Shown here piece after piece: positions 1 to 14,134 of a stretch of 64,000 nt of DNA (position 1 is its first letter; every line of letters begins with the position of its first letter). This DNA comes from the human T2T-CHM13v2.0 reference genome, Homo sapiens. The stretch lies in assembly GCF_009914755.1 (NCBI RefSeq), contig NC_060936.1. One strand, given 5' to 3'. Under the pieces are notes generated by a model, which was not told the origin of the DNA, did not search any database, and saw only the letters and a list, made by a program, of their open reading frames with translations. The position numbers and the translations under genes are program-made.

Positions 1-1769
1 GGTCTTGGGTCATGGAAGTTAGTCTACTCTCTTTATGAAATCTATACTCAGTGCCTATGTTTTTCTCATATTTTTCTTCTGTGGAGCAAGAATCGTTGCT
101 TTTTATTGAGGGTGATTTTTTTTTTAATACCTGTCTTCTTACCCTGCAAATATAAAGATAGAACATTCTTGTTCACCGACTGTGGATACTGCCTCGGGGT
201 AAGGTGGTGGGTGGGGCCAACACGGTCAGGGCCAGCGGTCATGCAGGCAGCACTGTGGCCCCTGTCCAGCCCCTAGTTAGTGCTATAACCTCTGGCCCTA
301 GAACGAGGCTCTGAGCAGGCATCTGCAGCCTCTGAAAGTGCCATGAGATGTGTCTGTGTGAGGCCACCCTGCCTCACCCATGGCCAGCATGTGACCTCAC
401 TAAGAGTCGGTGGGGACTGGAGCCACAGCGAAGGAGGCAGCGTGCTGGAGAAGACAGTGCGAGGCAGCAAATGACCATTATTACTGATTTGCCTCCGACA
501 AGAAAGAAAAGGACAGCCTCTGTTTAGAAGTAAAATTAGACACGGAGAACCAACGCACTCTCCTATTCTCAGCTCTTGAAAGTGCCCAGAAGCTCCTTTC
601 AGCACTACTACTGCTACCTACCGTCTTGTCTTCTGTAATTAAATCTGGTTTTCCCACAGGCGTTAGGATTAAAGATAACTAAGAACAGTTATTTAATTAT
701 GCTTTCAACATTGTTTAGTTACAATGTCTCAATATGTTCCAGAAATTACTATATGTGTTTATTTTTAAAGTATATTTATAAAGTATAGTTTTAAATATAC
801 AGTACCTCTGCTATTTTGAAGACAATATATTGTACAATATCATTTTCTCTTTTTGATTGCAAATATGTAGTATTTCACCTAACAGGGACTGAATGCATTT
901 GGAAAGAAGATAGTTTGGGAATCTCACCATTTGTAATGTTTCTTCGGAAAGTATTAGAGATGAAAGTATTGTATCTAGTCTTAAATCAAATTTTAGTAAC
1001 ACATCAATTAAGGAGAGAATGGCATGCATGTGTAAAGGCAGTTGTGATTTTCCATCAGTCTGTTTTTTGGGGTATATTCGAACTGTAATTCAGTCATATG
1101 CACCAAACTGGTAGATGTTTTCTTCTCTGTAGCTACTGATGAAAGGAGTCCCTCTTGTACTCTAGAAGCTCACAGAGTTGTTTAATACTCAGGGAGAAAT
1201 GGGGCCACCCTCTGGGCCCTTGCGGCTTGCTTATGATGTTTTAAAGAGCCCTGTCTGGAACAAAACAGGCAACATTTGTGTAATTGTAAACAGATCCTTA
1301 GATCCTTTATAGCTGAGATAATCTGTACAAGGAAAGAGGCTCTCTTTATTCTTTTAATGGAATCAGGATCTTGTTCACTTACTCTCTGTCTGTCGGGGCT
1401 GTGGAGTGTGCATCCGTGTGTCCTGCTGAGCAAATGCTCATAAAGCAATACCCCACGCATTAGAAAACCTTTGCTACCCAGAGGCAGGGCACAGGGAGCG
1501 CAGAACTGAAATCTGTTATTGATGTCTGTACAGGTGGGTTAGACAGAGCACCCTGAGGGATGTCCAGGTGTGGGAGAGAGGACTTTGAAGTGGGCTTTGG
1601 GAAGGCAGGTTCCTGACCTTCTGCCATTTACAAATTTCATGGGCTTGGTCTAGTCCCATAACTTTTCAGGAGCAGGTTTCCTGGTCTATAAAACACATTG
1701 GAGCAGGGTTTTTATACCGAGGTGAGTGTAGTGTCAAGTTTAGTGACTATGAACAGAGACCTGGATCCA

Positions 1770-1940
1770 GCTTGTGTAAGCTCAAGTCTGGCAGTGTTAT
1801 TTCACAGCTTTGTGACCTTCAGCAAATCACTTAGCCCAGCACTGCAGTTTTGATTGAATAGATTTAAAACCTATCTCATAGATTGTTGTGAGGACTAAAT
1901 GAGTTAATATTTAGAGCCTGACATCCAATAAATGCTACAC
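1770..1940 (+). mobile_element. MIR SINE remnant
   Basis: Degenerate MIR core and 3' motifs (gtgaccttcagcaaatcactt...ctatctcatagattgttgtgaggactaaatgagttaata); boundaries approximate. Confidence 0.65.
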
Positions 1941-1952
1941 AAAGAAGCGTTC

Positions 1953-2590
1953 CTGTTGGTGGGAGTGTGAATTAGTTCAACCACTGTGGAAGACAATGTG
2001 GCAATTCCTCAAAGACCCGGAGGCAGAAATACCATTTGACCCAGCAATCCCATTACTAGGTATGTGCCCAAAGGAATATAAATTATTATTTTACGAAACT
2101 TATTCATTATGCATGTGTATGTTCATTGCAGCATTATTCACAATAGCAAAGACATGGAGTCAACCTAAATGCCCATCAATGGTAGACTGGATAAAGAAAA
2201 TGTGGTACTTATACACTGTGGAATACCATGCAGGCATAAAAAGGAACGAGATCATGTCCTTTGCAGGGACATGGATGAAGCTAAGGCCACTATCCTCAGC
2301 AAACTAACGCAGGAATAGAAAACCAGATGTTGCATGTTCTCATTTATAAGTGAAAGCTGAATGATGAGAACACATGGACACATGGTGGGGAAAACACCCA
2401 CTGGGGCCTGTCAGAGGGTGGACTTTGGGGAGGAGGGAGAGCATCAAAAAGAATAGCTAATGGATGCTGGGCTTAATACCTAGGTGATGGGATGATTTGT
2501 GCTGCAAACCACCATGGCACACATTTAACTATGTAACAAACTGGCACATCCTCCACATGTACCTCTGAACTTAAAATAAAAAATAATAAA
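1953..2590 (+). mobile_element. 5'-truncated L1PA (approx. L1PA8-L1PA11) 3' end
   Basis: ORF2 C-terminal remnant (EIPFDPAIPLLG...MFIAALFTIAKTW, ORF 1996-2307), L1 3'UTR and A-rich tail; degenerate TSD AGAAG(C/T)GTTCC at 1943-1953 and 2897-2907. Confidence 0.93.
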
Positions 2591-2603
2591 AAAGAGAAGT
2601 GTT

Positions 2604-2971
<368 letters not shown>

Positions 2972-3469
2972 TTAAAGTGTGTTGATTATTAAAAATAACA
3001 AGCAAAGATATGCTACATGTCAACATGCAACACACTGACAACTTTTCAATTTGTGCTACCTGTTTAACTTTGCTTTGTATAGACATGGGACAAAGTTTCT
3101 TCTGCCACATTTTCTTGCAAATGTATTAATATTGATTAAGAGTGCTGGTGTTTCTTACAATTCAGGCCTACACATGTATCCCCAGTGCAGAATTGTACAG
3201 GACACTACACTATTGTAGAACAGATGTGAGAGCCTTAATTAAACGGCAAGAAAGCCAGACAGGCTCAGGTGCTTTAATATCTGATGTTGGGAGAGTTGAG
3301 CAATAAAAAGTGGGCCACTAGCATGTCACATACCACATACACATATGTATGTCATATAATAGAGAGTTTTTATGCCCTTCATAAATTTTGATGCTTCTTA
3401 TATGACTTTTGCATTTGTCATAAAGAATATGTTAGATATGGTTAGTGATTTGACGTGAAAACAGCCTGC

Positions 3470-3770
3470 TTTTTTTTTTTTTTTTTTTTTTTGAGATGGA
3501 GTCTCACTCTGTCACCAGGCTGGAGTGCAGTGGCATGATCTCGGCTCACTGCAACCTCTGCCTCCCGCTTCAAGCGATTCTCCTGCCTCAGCCTCCTGAG
3601 TAGCTGGGACTACAGGCACACGCCACCACGCCTGGCTAATTTTTGTATTTTTAGTAGAGACGGGATTTTACCATGTTGGCCAGGATGGTCTCAATCTCCT
3701 GACCTCGTGATTCGCCTGCCTTGGCCTCCCAAAGTGCTGAGATTACAGGCGTGAGCCACCGTGCCCAGCC
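3470..3770 (-). mobile_element. AluS (AluSc-like)
   Basis: Poly-T followed by a full antisense dimer; gtcaccaggc and ggccaggatggtctc diagnostics; short TSD TGCTTTT. Confidence 0.93.
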
Positions 3771-4106
3771 TGCTTTTCCTCTTATAAGCCTCTTGGTTGG
3801 TCTAATTAGAAAGAATTCTGAGCTTATAAAGGGGACTGCTAAAATATCAGCAACAAGCTATCATTCATGACTACTTCATGTGAATCAATTTCCCCAGTAC
3901 TATGAAACCAAAATGAGTTAAAAAACTAGCTGGATGCTGAGGCTTATATAAGAATGCTACCCTCATTCTCAATATCATTCTTTTTTGTGGTTATTAAAAC
4001 GGCCTTATTTTTTCATTGATTGAGTTAATAATAAATGAGTATTATGAATTTGTATTTACAAAATATAATTACACTGACAAAACAGAGCTTTTGTGTAGTC
4101 TGTAAC

Positions 4107-4217
4107 TGGGTGACTGACCTACCTGTTTTACCAGGGACTGTCCCAATTCTTGCCTTAAAGTCCTTAATTCTAAAACCCCTCTGTTGTTCTGGTCAAACTG
4201 GGATGTCCAGTCACCCT
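4107..4217. mobile_element. MER81-like hAT (Blackjack) MITE
   Basis: Terminal inverted repeats GGGTGACTG...CAGTCACCC around a ~110-bp body with gggactgtccc and caaactgggatg motifs. Confidence 0.7.
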
Positions 4218-5867
4218 GTCTATATATTAGAGCGCTGTGTAGGATTTAGTTTGAAAAAAGGATTTTGCGGCTAACATTGTCTTAAAAGCACTGAGATAGA
4301 TGGTCTGTGTGGTGAGCAAATAATTTGTTGTTCAAACCAGGACACCCTGGAGAGTGAAGGGGCATGAACCAGGTGAGAAGCACACATGCTATCTCTAAGT
4401 TTCCTCCCTATTCTGAAAGGCTAGTACACTCTTTGATTGCAAGGTAAGTAAAAACCTTTTAGTAGAAATCATTCTGGATATTTCACACCACTTTATGCTA
4501 CAGGATCACTGATCTGAGCATAAATTCACATTTTTAACTTGATAATAAATATAGAAGATAAACAAGATGAGTCAGAAAAGAATACTTGCGAATACCTGGT
4601 TAGACCTGGGAACTGGTTGGTTAAAAAGATGAATCCCTAATGTCAAATGACTTTCTTGTGATTCACTTCATTTCTCGTGGAAGCTAAATGAAAAGCAAAA
4701 ATGTTAATTGATGGTTGTGGTAAGTCAGGCTCCAGTTGACTAAGGTTTTCTTTTGTCTAAACCCATCTCCAGGGTGAATAAATAGAACTACTCCGTGAAA
4801 GAACAAAATTGATGTGGTCTGTTACCTCTGGATCATCTCAAGGAACAATACTTTCAAAGCCTAGCAACTTGCAAACTTCCTGTCTGAGAAGGATTGGTGG
4901 TAGGGGGATGCTTGGGAACATAACACCCCTGCCCCACACACCCCACACCAGCTGCTTAGAAGGCAGGAAGCAGGATCCAGGCCTCCAGGAAATGTGCTTT
5001 ATGGGATCTTGTCCACACACATTTGGGTCTTCAGCAACCTGTCCTAACCTGCTTTATTTTAGTGACTGTTACTAACTTTTTAAGCTCTGAATCAGCAAAC
5101 TCTCTCCCCTACTTTTTTTTTCCCCTGAGGACATTCAAAGATCATCCAGCCCACTTTAGTTAAAGTAGAAATAGTGGCATGGTGGCTGTGGGTCTGGTGG
5201 TGTCACTTCAAAGCAAATGAGATACCCTTGATGATTCTGGCAAGGTGTGGTCTCCCACTGTCGGTCTCTCCCCCATATATGATGAAGGTACTTTTTAGGT
5301 GGTAAAGGAATGTCCTTGCCCAGTGGTAGTTAGGTGTAAATACTCTACATTTTATATTTTTTCTTTTCATGTTGAATATCAAACGTGGTATAAATGATGA
5401 AACCGATCACTGCATTATTCCCAGGCCTTTTACTTAGTGTGTCTCTGCTGTTAGCATTTGCATGGATCTGTGTCATCATTCTGATTCATCCTGCTGAATA
5501 ATCTATCATTTCTGCTCCCTTTTCCCCATCCTCCAACATCCTACTCAGGGCTGTTTCAGGTGATTCTGAGACCCATTGTATCTTCTACAGATGAAGCACT
5601 TTCCTGAAATTCCTGGATATAGTCTTCTGATCAGTGGATTTAAGCAATGTACATGAAGTTTATATGCGGATTTAAGTCTATGGATTTAAATGATGGAGAG
5701 CATCCTTTTTTTTTTAATGGCTAGTAATTGGGCTATTAGTAGGACCATGATGAAAACAGGGAGGGGGCTTGTTTTAAATAGTTGCATGTAAACACACACT
5801 AGAACTTTCATGTTACTTAAGGTCACATTGCTGGCTGAACAGATCACAGATACTAAAAACCACTCCT

Positions 5868-6185
5868 GTTTACTGAGTGACCATGTTCTACACAATTTAT
5901 ATTTATAACTCATTTTATCCTCAGAGCCACTCTATGAGGTAGGTATATTTATTGCTCCCACAGAATTTAGGGACCTTATACAAGTTCTCCCAACTGGCCA
6001 GTTGTAGAGCTACCACAGTGAACTCCTCTAGTTTACTTGAGGCTGGAGAGGGCTCTCAAAATATGAAACTTCCAGAGTTAAGACTGGCTAAGTCCTTGGC
6101 GAACTGGGATGAGTTGGTCTCTTTCTAGGTAGGACCAGGCTCTGAATCCAGGAAGTCAGGCTTCAGAGGGTACACTGCTAATGAT
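5868..6185 (-). mobile_element. MIR remnant (interrupted)
   Basis: tttactgagtgacc...ctcattttatcctcagagccactctatgaggtaggtat matches antisense MIR. Confidence 0.55.
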
Positions 6186-7854
6186 CATGTTATATTGCCT
6201 GTCATGGATGACTTCAACAGTAAGTCACAGTTTGCAATGGGCATGCCTCAGCTTTTTCCCAAAGTAAATATTCAAGAGCTTGAATAAGCCATTAATATTA
6301 GGGTAGGCTTGGGAGCATCCTCATTGACAGGGCTTCCCTGCTTCCCTTTTTAGTTGTATAAGCCTGAGCATGTAAAGTGTTCTTATGTAAGTCAACTCAA
6401 AATTATTATTTCCCCCTTCAGGTTGTAATTTCTTGAATCCCTTCTCTTGTTTTTCCTACTTGCAAACCCCAATTTCTGAAGCTTAGTGTTTCCAAGCACC
6501 ACTTTATCCCCATCTAAGGAGAGAGCTTTTATAAAGTTGCTCTGTGCCATAGAACTCTGCTGTATCAGGTGGAGCATTCTGGCTATCTGTGACTTTAATC
6601 TTCTGGTTTACATGATTAAGAGTACAGAAAATTTACAGGTTTTCTTTTAAATCCCTAAAAGAGAGGGCCAACAGGCTTTCTTTCTTCTCTAAGAGCAGAA
6701 AGAAATTCTGAGCTCTGAATTGGAGCTAATGATTTTCCCAAGGAGGACTCTCGTACAGTCTCCTTAAAGACCCAAACTTTACTTGAATATCTCCCATGAT
6801 GGGGTTCTTGGGAGCCCACAAGGCAACCCTTTACTTGCAGAAAGGAGTAATCATGACAAAGTTCTTCCTTAGATTGTATTGTGCTAAGATTTGTCCCTCT
6901 GCACCGTCATCAATTCACTCTCCTACTTTCTGAAGCAAACTTCTCTTTCAGATATATGAAGGCCGCTTACATGTTCCCCTTTAACTTTTTCTTCTCTAGA
7001 CTAAAGATCCTAGTTCCTTTACTTGTTCCTCTACATCAGTGGTTTTCACATTTTTTTTAAAAAATTAAATCTTAGGTTGAAATGATAGGATGAAACCAGT
7101 GTTTAACTAGTGTAAAATATTTCCTTACTATAAAGTCAGTTAAGGATAGTCATGGGACTATACATTAAGAACAAAAACACTGACACAAAGCTTGTAGATA
7201 ATTACTGCAAATTTGCATCAACATCCGGTTATTGTTTGTATTGAGGAAATCTTGAGATGCAAATAGTGTCAGTTTTTTTAAAGCAGCTTCCCTTGCAACC
7301 TTAAGGTTGTCTTTAATTAAACTGATATAAACGTTTGAAAGAGGATTACTAGGACATTTTTGTTTGAAAATTTAACTGCTAATAATACGTATCAACTGCT
7401 TACTTTTCTTATGCTACATACATAAATCACACAGGGAGCTTACATTATGTGCCAAAGCTGTCTTTAACATGATGTCACCATGACTCAGCATGTCATGGTA
7501 GTCTCTTCTTTTTATATAATTGATTATTATATGTAAGGGCATGCACTGAACACACACACCAGAGCCTTATTTGAGATTTATTTGAGTGTGGCATACATCT
7601 CCTCAACAATCTGCACAGAAAGAGCATGCCCATAACTTTATGTAATAAGCAAATATACATGCAGGACTGCATTTACATGTGGGTGTTTATAATTCTAAGT
7701 TATTTTTATTCTCTCCTTTGCTACTTTCTACATTTTCAGAATGTTTCTTAATAAGCATATTACATATTAACTTTACTCCCAGAAATTATATATTTTTAGT
7801 TTTAATTATCAGTATATGCATGTCTTAATACTCTAACGATAAAAAAAAATTGTC

Positions 7855-8280
<426 letters not shown>

Positions 8281-8751
8281 TTATTTAATGGGATAAAGTT
8301 AAAGAATTACTACCAAACATAGACATTTTAGGCAGGATGCTATTTTTAAAAATACTATTGCAAAACTGCAGTAGTTCTGATGATATTTTCAGATAATTAA
8401 AATATACACACAGTGATATTAGGAGAAGCATTGTTCTGAGATCTACACAATGATGGTATAACAGGGCAGTGCAAGTTAGTGAAATGAAAGCCTGCAATGG
8501 ACTGAATTTTGATATCCAATATATTTGAATGTTTACATATATTTTTAAAACATTTAAAATATAGCCTAGAGTAAAATTTAAATTAAGGCATTTGCAGAAC
8601 TCCAAAATATCACTATGTAACCTAATTTGAAAACCTACAATCTATTAATATAGTATAAAATATCTATTGTGCAGATTTTGTTCAACATCTGCAGAACAAA
8701 TAACCTTAATTGTGTTTTGTACCTCTTGGCATAATTTTAGGTTATGGAGCA

Positions 8752-9140
8752 TGTTGATTTGCTAGGGCTGCCGTAACAAAGTACCTTAGTCTGAGGGGCT
8801 TATGCCATAGCAGTTGATTGTCTCAGAATGTTGGAGGTGAGAAGTCGGAGATCAAGGTATCGTCAGGGCTGGTTTCATCTGAGGCTGCTCTCCTTGGCTT
8901 GTAGATGGTTGTCTTCTTCCTTTGTCTTCATGTGGTCTTCCCTCTGTACATGTGGCTGTGTCAAGACTTCCTCTTCATGTAAGAGCACCAGTCATATTGA
9001 ATTAGGGCCCATCTTAATGACCTCATTTTAAATTAATTACCTCTTTAAGACCCTATTTCCAAATGTGGTCTTATTATGAAGTACGCTGGGTTAGGACTTT
9101 AATATATGAATTTTGGAAGAAGACAATTCAGCTCATAACA
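8752..9140 (-). mobile_element. MaLR solo LTR (MLT1A/B-like)
   Basis: ctagggctgccgtaacaaagtacc...gagatcaaggt...ttagggcccatcttaatgacctcattt...aattcagctcataaca is a typical antisense MLT1. Confidence 0.85.
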
Positions 9141-10879
9141 TGGAATTTCATAATTTTCTATATCCTTGTTAAAGAAACATCTTTCTTTTATAGAAAGAAA
9201 TATCTCAATCTTTAGTTAGTTATGTATTTATGTGTAGACACATTTATAGAAATAAATGTAAATGTATTTATGTGTCACATATTCTGCACTCATATTAAAT
9301 TGTTAAATATCTTCAAAGAATCATTTGACATTTTAAGAAAAAAAACTGTTTTGGGGGGTTCTGGAATGACTTCACCTTTGGCTATTTGCAATTATCACAT
9401 GGACTTGTGTAAACCATACAGTATCAAGTTAAAAGAAAATAAGATCAATGGTTAGAAAAATCAGAACAGATGCTCATTAGATTCATCGAAGTCAGAATTA
9501 ACTCCACCTTTCAAATTTTGTGGGAATTGTGTTTAACATCTGCAGAACAAAGCAAATATATTTAATTCACCACAGCCTCTAGTTTATAGTTCAAATTTGG
9601 CCTCTCTGATCTATTATATTTGTGCTAAAAAGCTAAGGAAGTAAGTTATAAAAACAGAGAAACTAGAAATATTAATTTTTCTAGTCCAAGATAATCATCC
9701 TCCTTAGGTTACATTTTGTTTAACTCAGGGAAGTTTTTGGTTTTAAAAGTGGAATACTGTTCATTCTCAACTTACAAACCATCTGTGTTCCAAAAATTCA
9801 TTTGGAAGTCAGTTATTAGGCTCTCTCAAGAAATTTTCCCATAGAAATCATGTTATTTATAATGATCACACTCCTAGGCCAGCACATAAAACCCAGTTTA
9901 ACTCCCACCACACAAAACACAGTATTGATAATATAGTGCTATGAAACCTCCTTACCGAATAAAACACTGCCTTTCTGGAAATAAGAAATAACGCATGAGA
10001 ATAATATATATTTTAAAATCTATCAGTGTGCTTTTCTTGTTTGTATTTCTCTCTGTTTTGCCAGAGACGTCCATTTATATTAGGGAGGTTTGGGATTATT
10101 ACCACAAGAATGCGGAGTCTATATCCAGCGTTTGACAAGTGGAACAGAATTTTTGAGACCTCAGCAAGACAATAGTCTTGAAATCTAGAATTTATCTACA
10201 GAGGAAATGTTTTCAAATTTCCTAAACATCCATGATGTAGCTACATATCTACATAGAGGTTGACTTTTAAGGTACTATAAGCCAGGACTGGATAGCGCTC
10301 AAGAGCCTCATGGAAGAGGCCACAGGAAAGTGGATGGGAGCCTCCCCATTCAGCCCTGATGGGTGTGGAGGGAAGGAGAGACAACTTGGAAAAGCAAGCC
10401 TTGAATGTTAACGATCAAGGATGCATTTAGAGAGATTCAAGGAAAGGTCAAAATAAGAGAAGCTGCTTCATTTCACTGTGCATTTTGAACTCTGGCATGG
10501 AGACATTCACATGCAGAGGGAGCTTGCTGCAAGGAGATACAGCCTTGCTGCTCATTGATCAGGCCCACTTAGCAGGGTACAGACCGCAGGCTCGGCAGCC
10601 GTCGTCCCTCAGTGGACTCCAGTGTGACTGTTTCAGGGACTTGACCAGACGTTCTGCAATGGGCAGCAGTTAAAACCAACAGGCTAAACACACATCCAAG
10701 ACTCCTAAAAGGCAAAAGTTACGGTCAGTGGACAAATGTGTGCTCTTCATTTCTCTTCATTTCAGTCTACCTCCAGCAGTGTGGGAGCGAGCTCATTTAA
10801 AGTATTAGATTAGTTATATGAAATAGAAGGGCTTTATTTTCTTTGTAAATCATTGTACACTTCCTAAATCAAGAAATCT

Positions 10880-11070
10880 TTTTATCGTTTTGAAAGCACC
10901 AACTATGTGCACCTATTAAATGTTTAACCTCAGTTAGTCTTTAAGAGTCCTGTGAGATAAGCATTACACCTTTATCACTGAGGAAATTGAAACAATTGTG
11001 CCCAAAGTTACATCGTTTCTGAAAGAAAGAGCTGGGATTTGAATCAACATTAGCCATGCTGTGAAACTCA
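10880..11070 (-). mobile_element. MIR remnant
   Basis: gcaccaactatgtgc...cctgtgagataag...ctgaggaaattgaaac...tgcccaaagttaca...gagctgggatttgaatc. Confidence 0.6.
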
Positions 11071-11077
11071 GGCTCTG

Positions 11078-11328
11078 GGCTGAGCGCAATGGCTCACGCC
11101 TGTAATCCTAGCACTTTGGGAGGCCGAGGTGGGCAGATCACTTGAGGTCAGGAGTTTGAGACCAGCCTGGCCAACATGGCAAAACCCCGTCTCTACTAAA
11201 AATTCAGAAATTAGCTGGGTGTGGTGGCACGTGCCTGTAATCCCAGCTACTTGGAGGCTGAGGCAGGAGAATCCCTTGAGCCCGAGAGGTGGAGGTTGCA
11301 GTGAGCCAAGATCAGGCCACTGCACTTC
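11078..11328 (+). mobile_element. AluS, 3'-truncated (no poly-A tail)
   Basis: Left arm, linker and most of the right arm; stops at ...gccactgcacttc with no tail or TSD. Confidence 0.92.
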
Positions 11329-12773
11329 GATTATAGTTTGGAGTATCTGGAGCCTATGTCCCCTTTATCTCATTCTCTTCTGGACTGAGGAAACAGGTTG
11401 GCCCCAAGTGGTGGCTCTCAGGGTCTGGGGCTGGGAGCAGATGAAGGTCATCCCTAAGGTTGAATGAAGCCTTAGGGGCCAAGGCCTCTGGCCAGTCTAA
11501 TTTACCAATGATGTTTTTCAGTTTTAGGCTGCTTCGTAGATCCAGTAATTATTTCTTCAGGAATTCACTTATCTACTTATCAGCACCTAACAAGGGCTGC
11601 TCTCTTCTGTTATTCCCTACATTCCTGAAATCTTTTTCCTTAGTTCCACTTTTTCAATGTGACAGCTTTATAAATGGTATAAAATGACACATCATAATTT
11701 GATGCATCTTCCTGGAGATTCAATTTTACTCAATGATAATTGAATCATTTTTCATATTCAAATAAGGCACATATATAATAAGAAGGCAAAAATCAAACCT
11801 GGTGTGAAATGTTAAGGTCTCATACAAGACTGCTAGTGAGAGCTGCTTTGGGCCATACCCCTAGACTTCTGGGGTGGGCGCTTAATTAACTCTGCTGTTT
11901 ATGGTAGCGTATTTTGTTGGAACACTTACAGAACCAGAGTGCTAAAGTAAGTATTGAGGGGCTTTTCTGCTAAGAATAGTAGATAAGCCAGACTTTCCCC
12001 CAGAAAAGTAACTAGAGCAGGGATTTACCCCAGGAAACTAAAATATAGAGGGATGGTGGGAAAAAAATTGAACAACAATTTTAAGAGCTTAGCACTTAGT
12101 CACCAAGAATAATTAGCTAAAATAGGAAGCTACCAGATGGCTTAGCCTTGTTATTGAAACCCATCTGTGAGCCACATTGTGAATTGGGGAGCTTATTTGA
12201 TGATTTGTCCTCATGTCAGCTGCCCTGTTTCAGCTCCAGAATTGCCAGTGAAGACTTTGCTCCTCGGTCCCTCTGGGTAGCAGATGCCATGCTTTCTCTC
12301 CCTCTACCATCCTCTCAACCTGGTTTGCTTTCGAAAAGGTTTGTAAACTTTGTTTAGCTTCTCTCTACAAACCTTTGTTTGACTTTGTATATACAAAGGA
12401 AGAAAGACATTCACCTACCACATACGTGATAACTTTTCTTGATTATTTCTGGATGGAAGTGGAAAATGATCTGGGGAAGGTAGAGCTGAGGGAAGGGAAT
12501 AGGTAAAATGGAAGTGCTGGTGATACTACTTTAGCAAGTAGGGATGGTGGGAGGGTAACAAGAAAAAGGTGGCATTGTATGGATTTACTTGCTCTTTCCA
12601 CTCCATTCCCTTTGGCTTGGTAGCCATTCTGTCACCTCAGGATGGAAATGAATGGTCAATAGATGGTCTCTCAGGTTGGCAGCAATATTGGGACCGTTGT
12701 GTGAAGTGACACATGGTAGGATTGCTTGTGACTATAAACACGACTGAGTTCTCCTTTAACTCTTATAGGGCCT

Positions 12774-13141
12774 TGTTTTAGTCTGTTTTCTGCTGTATAA
12801 CAGAATACCACAGACTGTTGTTTATAAAGAACAGAAGTTAATTTGGCTCACAGTTCTGGAGGCTAGAAGGCCTCAGAGCACAGCACCAGCGTCTGGTGGG
12901 GGTCCTCCCATGGCTGAAGGCAGGAAACAGATGCAAGTGTGAGGGTAGAACTTACTGTTGTATCAGGAGTTCACTCCCACAGTAACTAATCCATTCCCAC
13001 GATAATGATCTTAATCCATTTATAAGGGCAAAGTCGTCATGAGCAAATCACCTCTTAAAAGTCCAACTTGTGAAGACTGTTGCATTGCGGATTAAAATGT
13101 CAACACATGTACTTTTTGGGGGGTACATTCAAACAGTAGCA
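12774..13141 (-). mobile_element. MaLR solo LTR (MST/MLT1A-like)
   Basis: TG...CA ends, ataacagaataccacagactg...ttggctcacagttctggaggct; 5-bp TSD GGCCT at 12769-12773 and 13142-13146. Confidence 0.9.
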
Positions 13142-13945
13142 GGCCTGAAACTTGAATGTGAAGATTAAAATGATTTCACAGTAGCATGTCTTCCAATATG
13201 CATATAATGTCTGTTGCTGATTAACATATGAAAGTCAAAACACCCCAAACTATTCAAGAGACACTTTATTTAATAGCTCTTAATTATTCCCAGAGCTAGG
13301 TGTCACACTGGTGTTTAGTACATATATGTTTCTGTCTTAAGAGTTCTCCTTTTCTTCCCCTGACACCAAGAATGTCAGAAAATCATGAAACCTATCACTC
13401 CATGGGTTCTATAATGACTAGATAAAATGAAAACACATATAAAGTACTTTGCAGAGTCCCTGGCACATGGTGAGAGCTCAGTGAATCTTATTTGGCACTG
13501 GAGTAAATGCTCAATGAACCATAATTATTGTTTTTCTAATTATGTGGTCATTAAAATATTCCTATGTTCATCAAATACCTGGAATTCTTAGATATCACCA
13601 AGTGTTGAAATAATGACAAAATTTTTTTTCTAGTCCTTGCAAACTCTCTGCCCCTTTTTATACAACATATGCTTCTAGATGCTTTGGCTACAAATCAGTG
13701 TTATATTAAAGGTATAACTACTTAATGAACCCAACAATGTGAGAGGTGCAATGTAAAGTCATGTAGTGCCCTATAAATTAATCAAGTCAATTTCTGCAAG
13801 ACTTCATCTTAAAGATTTCATAATAGAAAAGAAAGACATGAATTCCAAAGGGGAGAAAAACAAAAGCTCAAAAGTGGCTGTTAATTTATTATTGTCAGTA
13901 GAATAAAGTTGGAAGTTGTGACTGAGTTGTCAGACAAAGCCATAC

Positions 13946-14012
13946 ATAATATACAGCTGAAATCATAATTTCAGCTGTATATTATTTTACTACCCATAGG
14001 ACCTATGGGTAG
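13946..14012. repeat. Two adjacent perfect hairpins (18-bp stem/4-nt loop; 11-bp stem/1-nt loop)
   Basis: ATAATATACAGCTGAAAT-cata-ATTTCAGCTGTATATTAT (13946-13985) and CTACCCATAGG-a-CCTATGGGTAG (13990-14012). Confidence 0.95.
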
Positions 14013-14013
14013 G

Positions 14014-14134
14014 ACCATGCTGTTTGGTTACTGTAGCCCTGTAGTATAGTTTGCAGTCAGGTAACATGATGCCTCCATCTTTGTTCTTTTTGCTTAGCAT
14101 TGCCTTGGCTATTGAAGCCCTTTTTTGTTTCCAT
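14014..14134 (-). repeat. 121-bp L1 ORF2 fragment, direct copy of 16558-16678
   Basis: 120/121 identical to 16558-16678; single mismatch at 14033 G vs 16577 A. Confidence 0.95.

Noticed and set aside
273-1460. ORFs of 72-110 aa and scattered splice-like signals at the window start
   Set aside because: No recognisable protein similarity and no consistent exon chain
10022-10175. Plus-strand pyrimidine tract and CAG acceptor near 10063
   Set aside because: All three frames stop within ~110 nt, no good donor and no recognisable product
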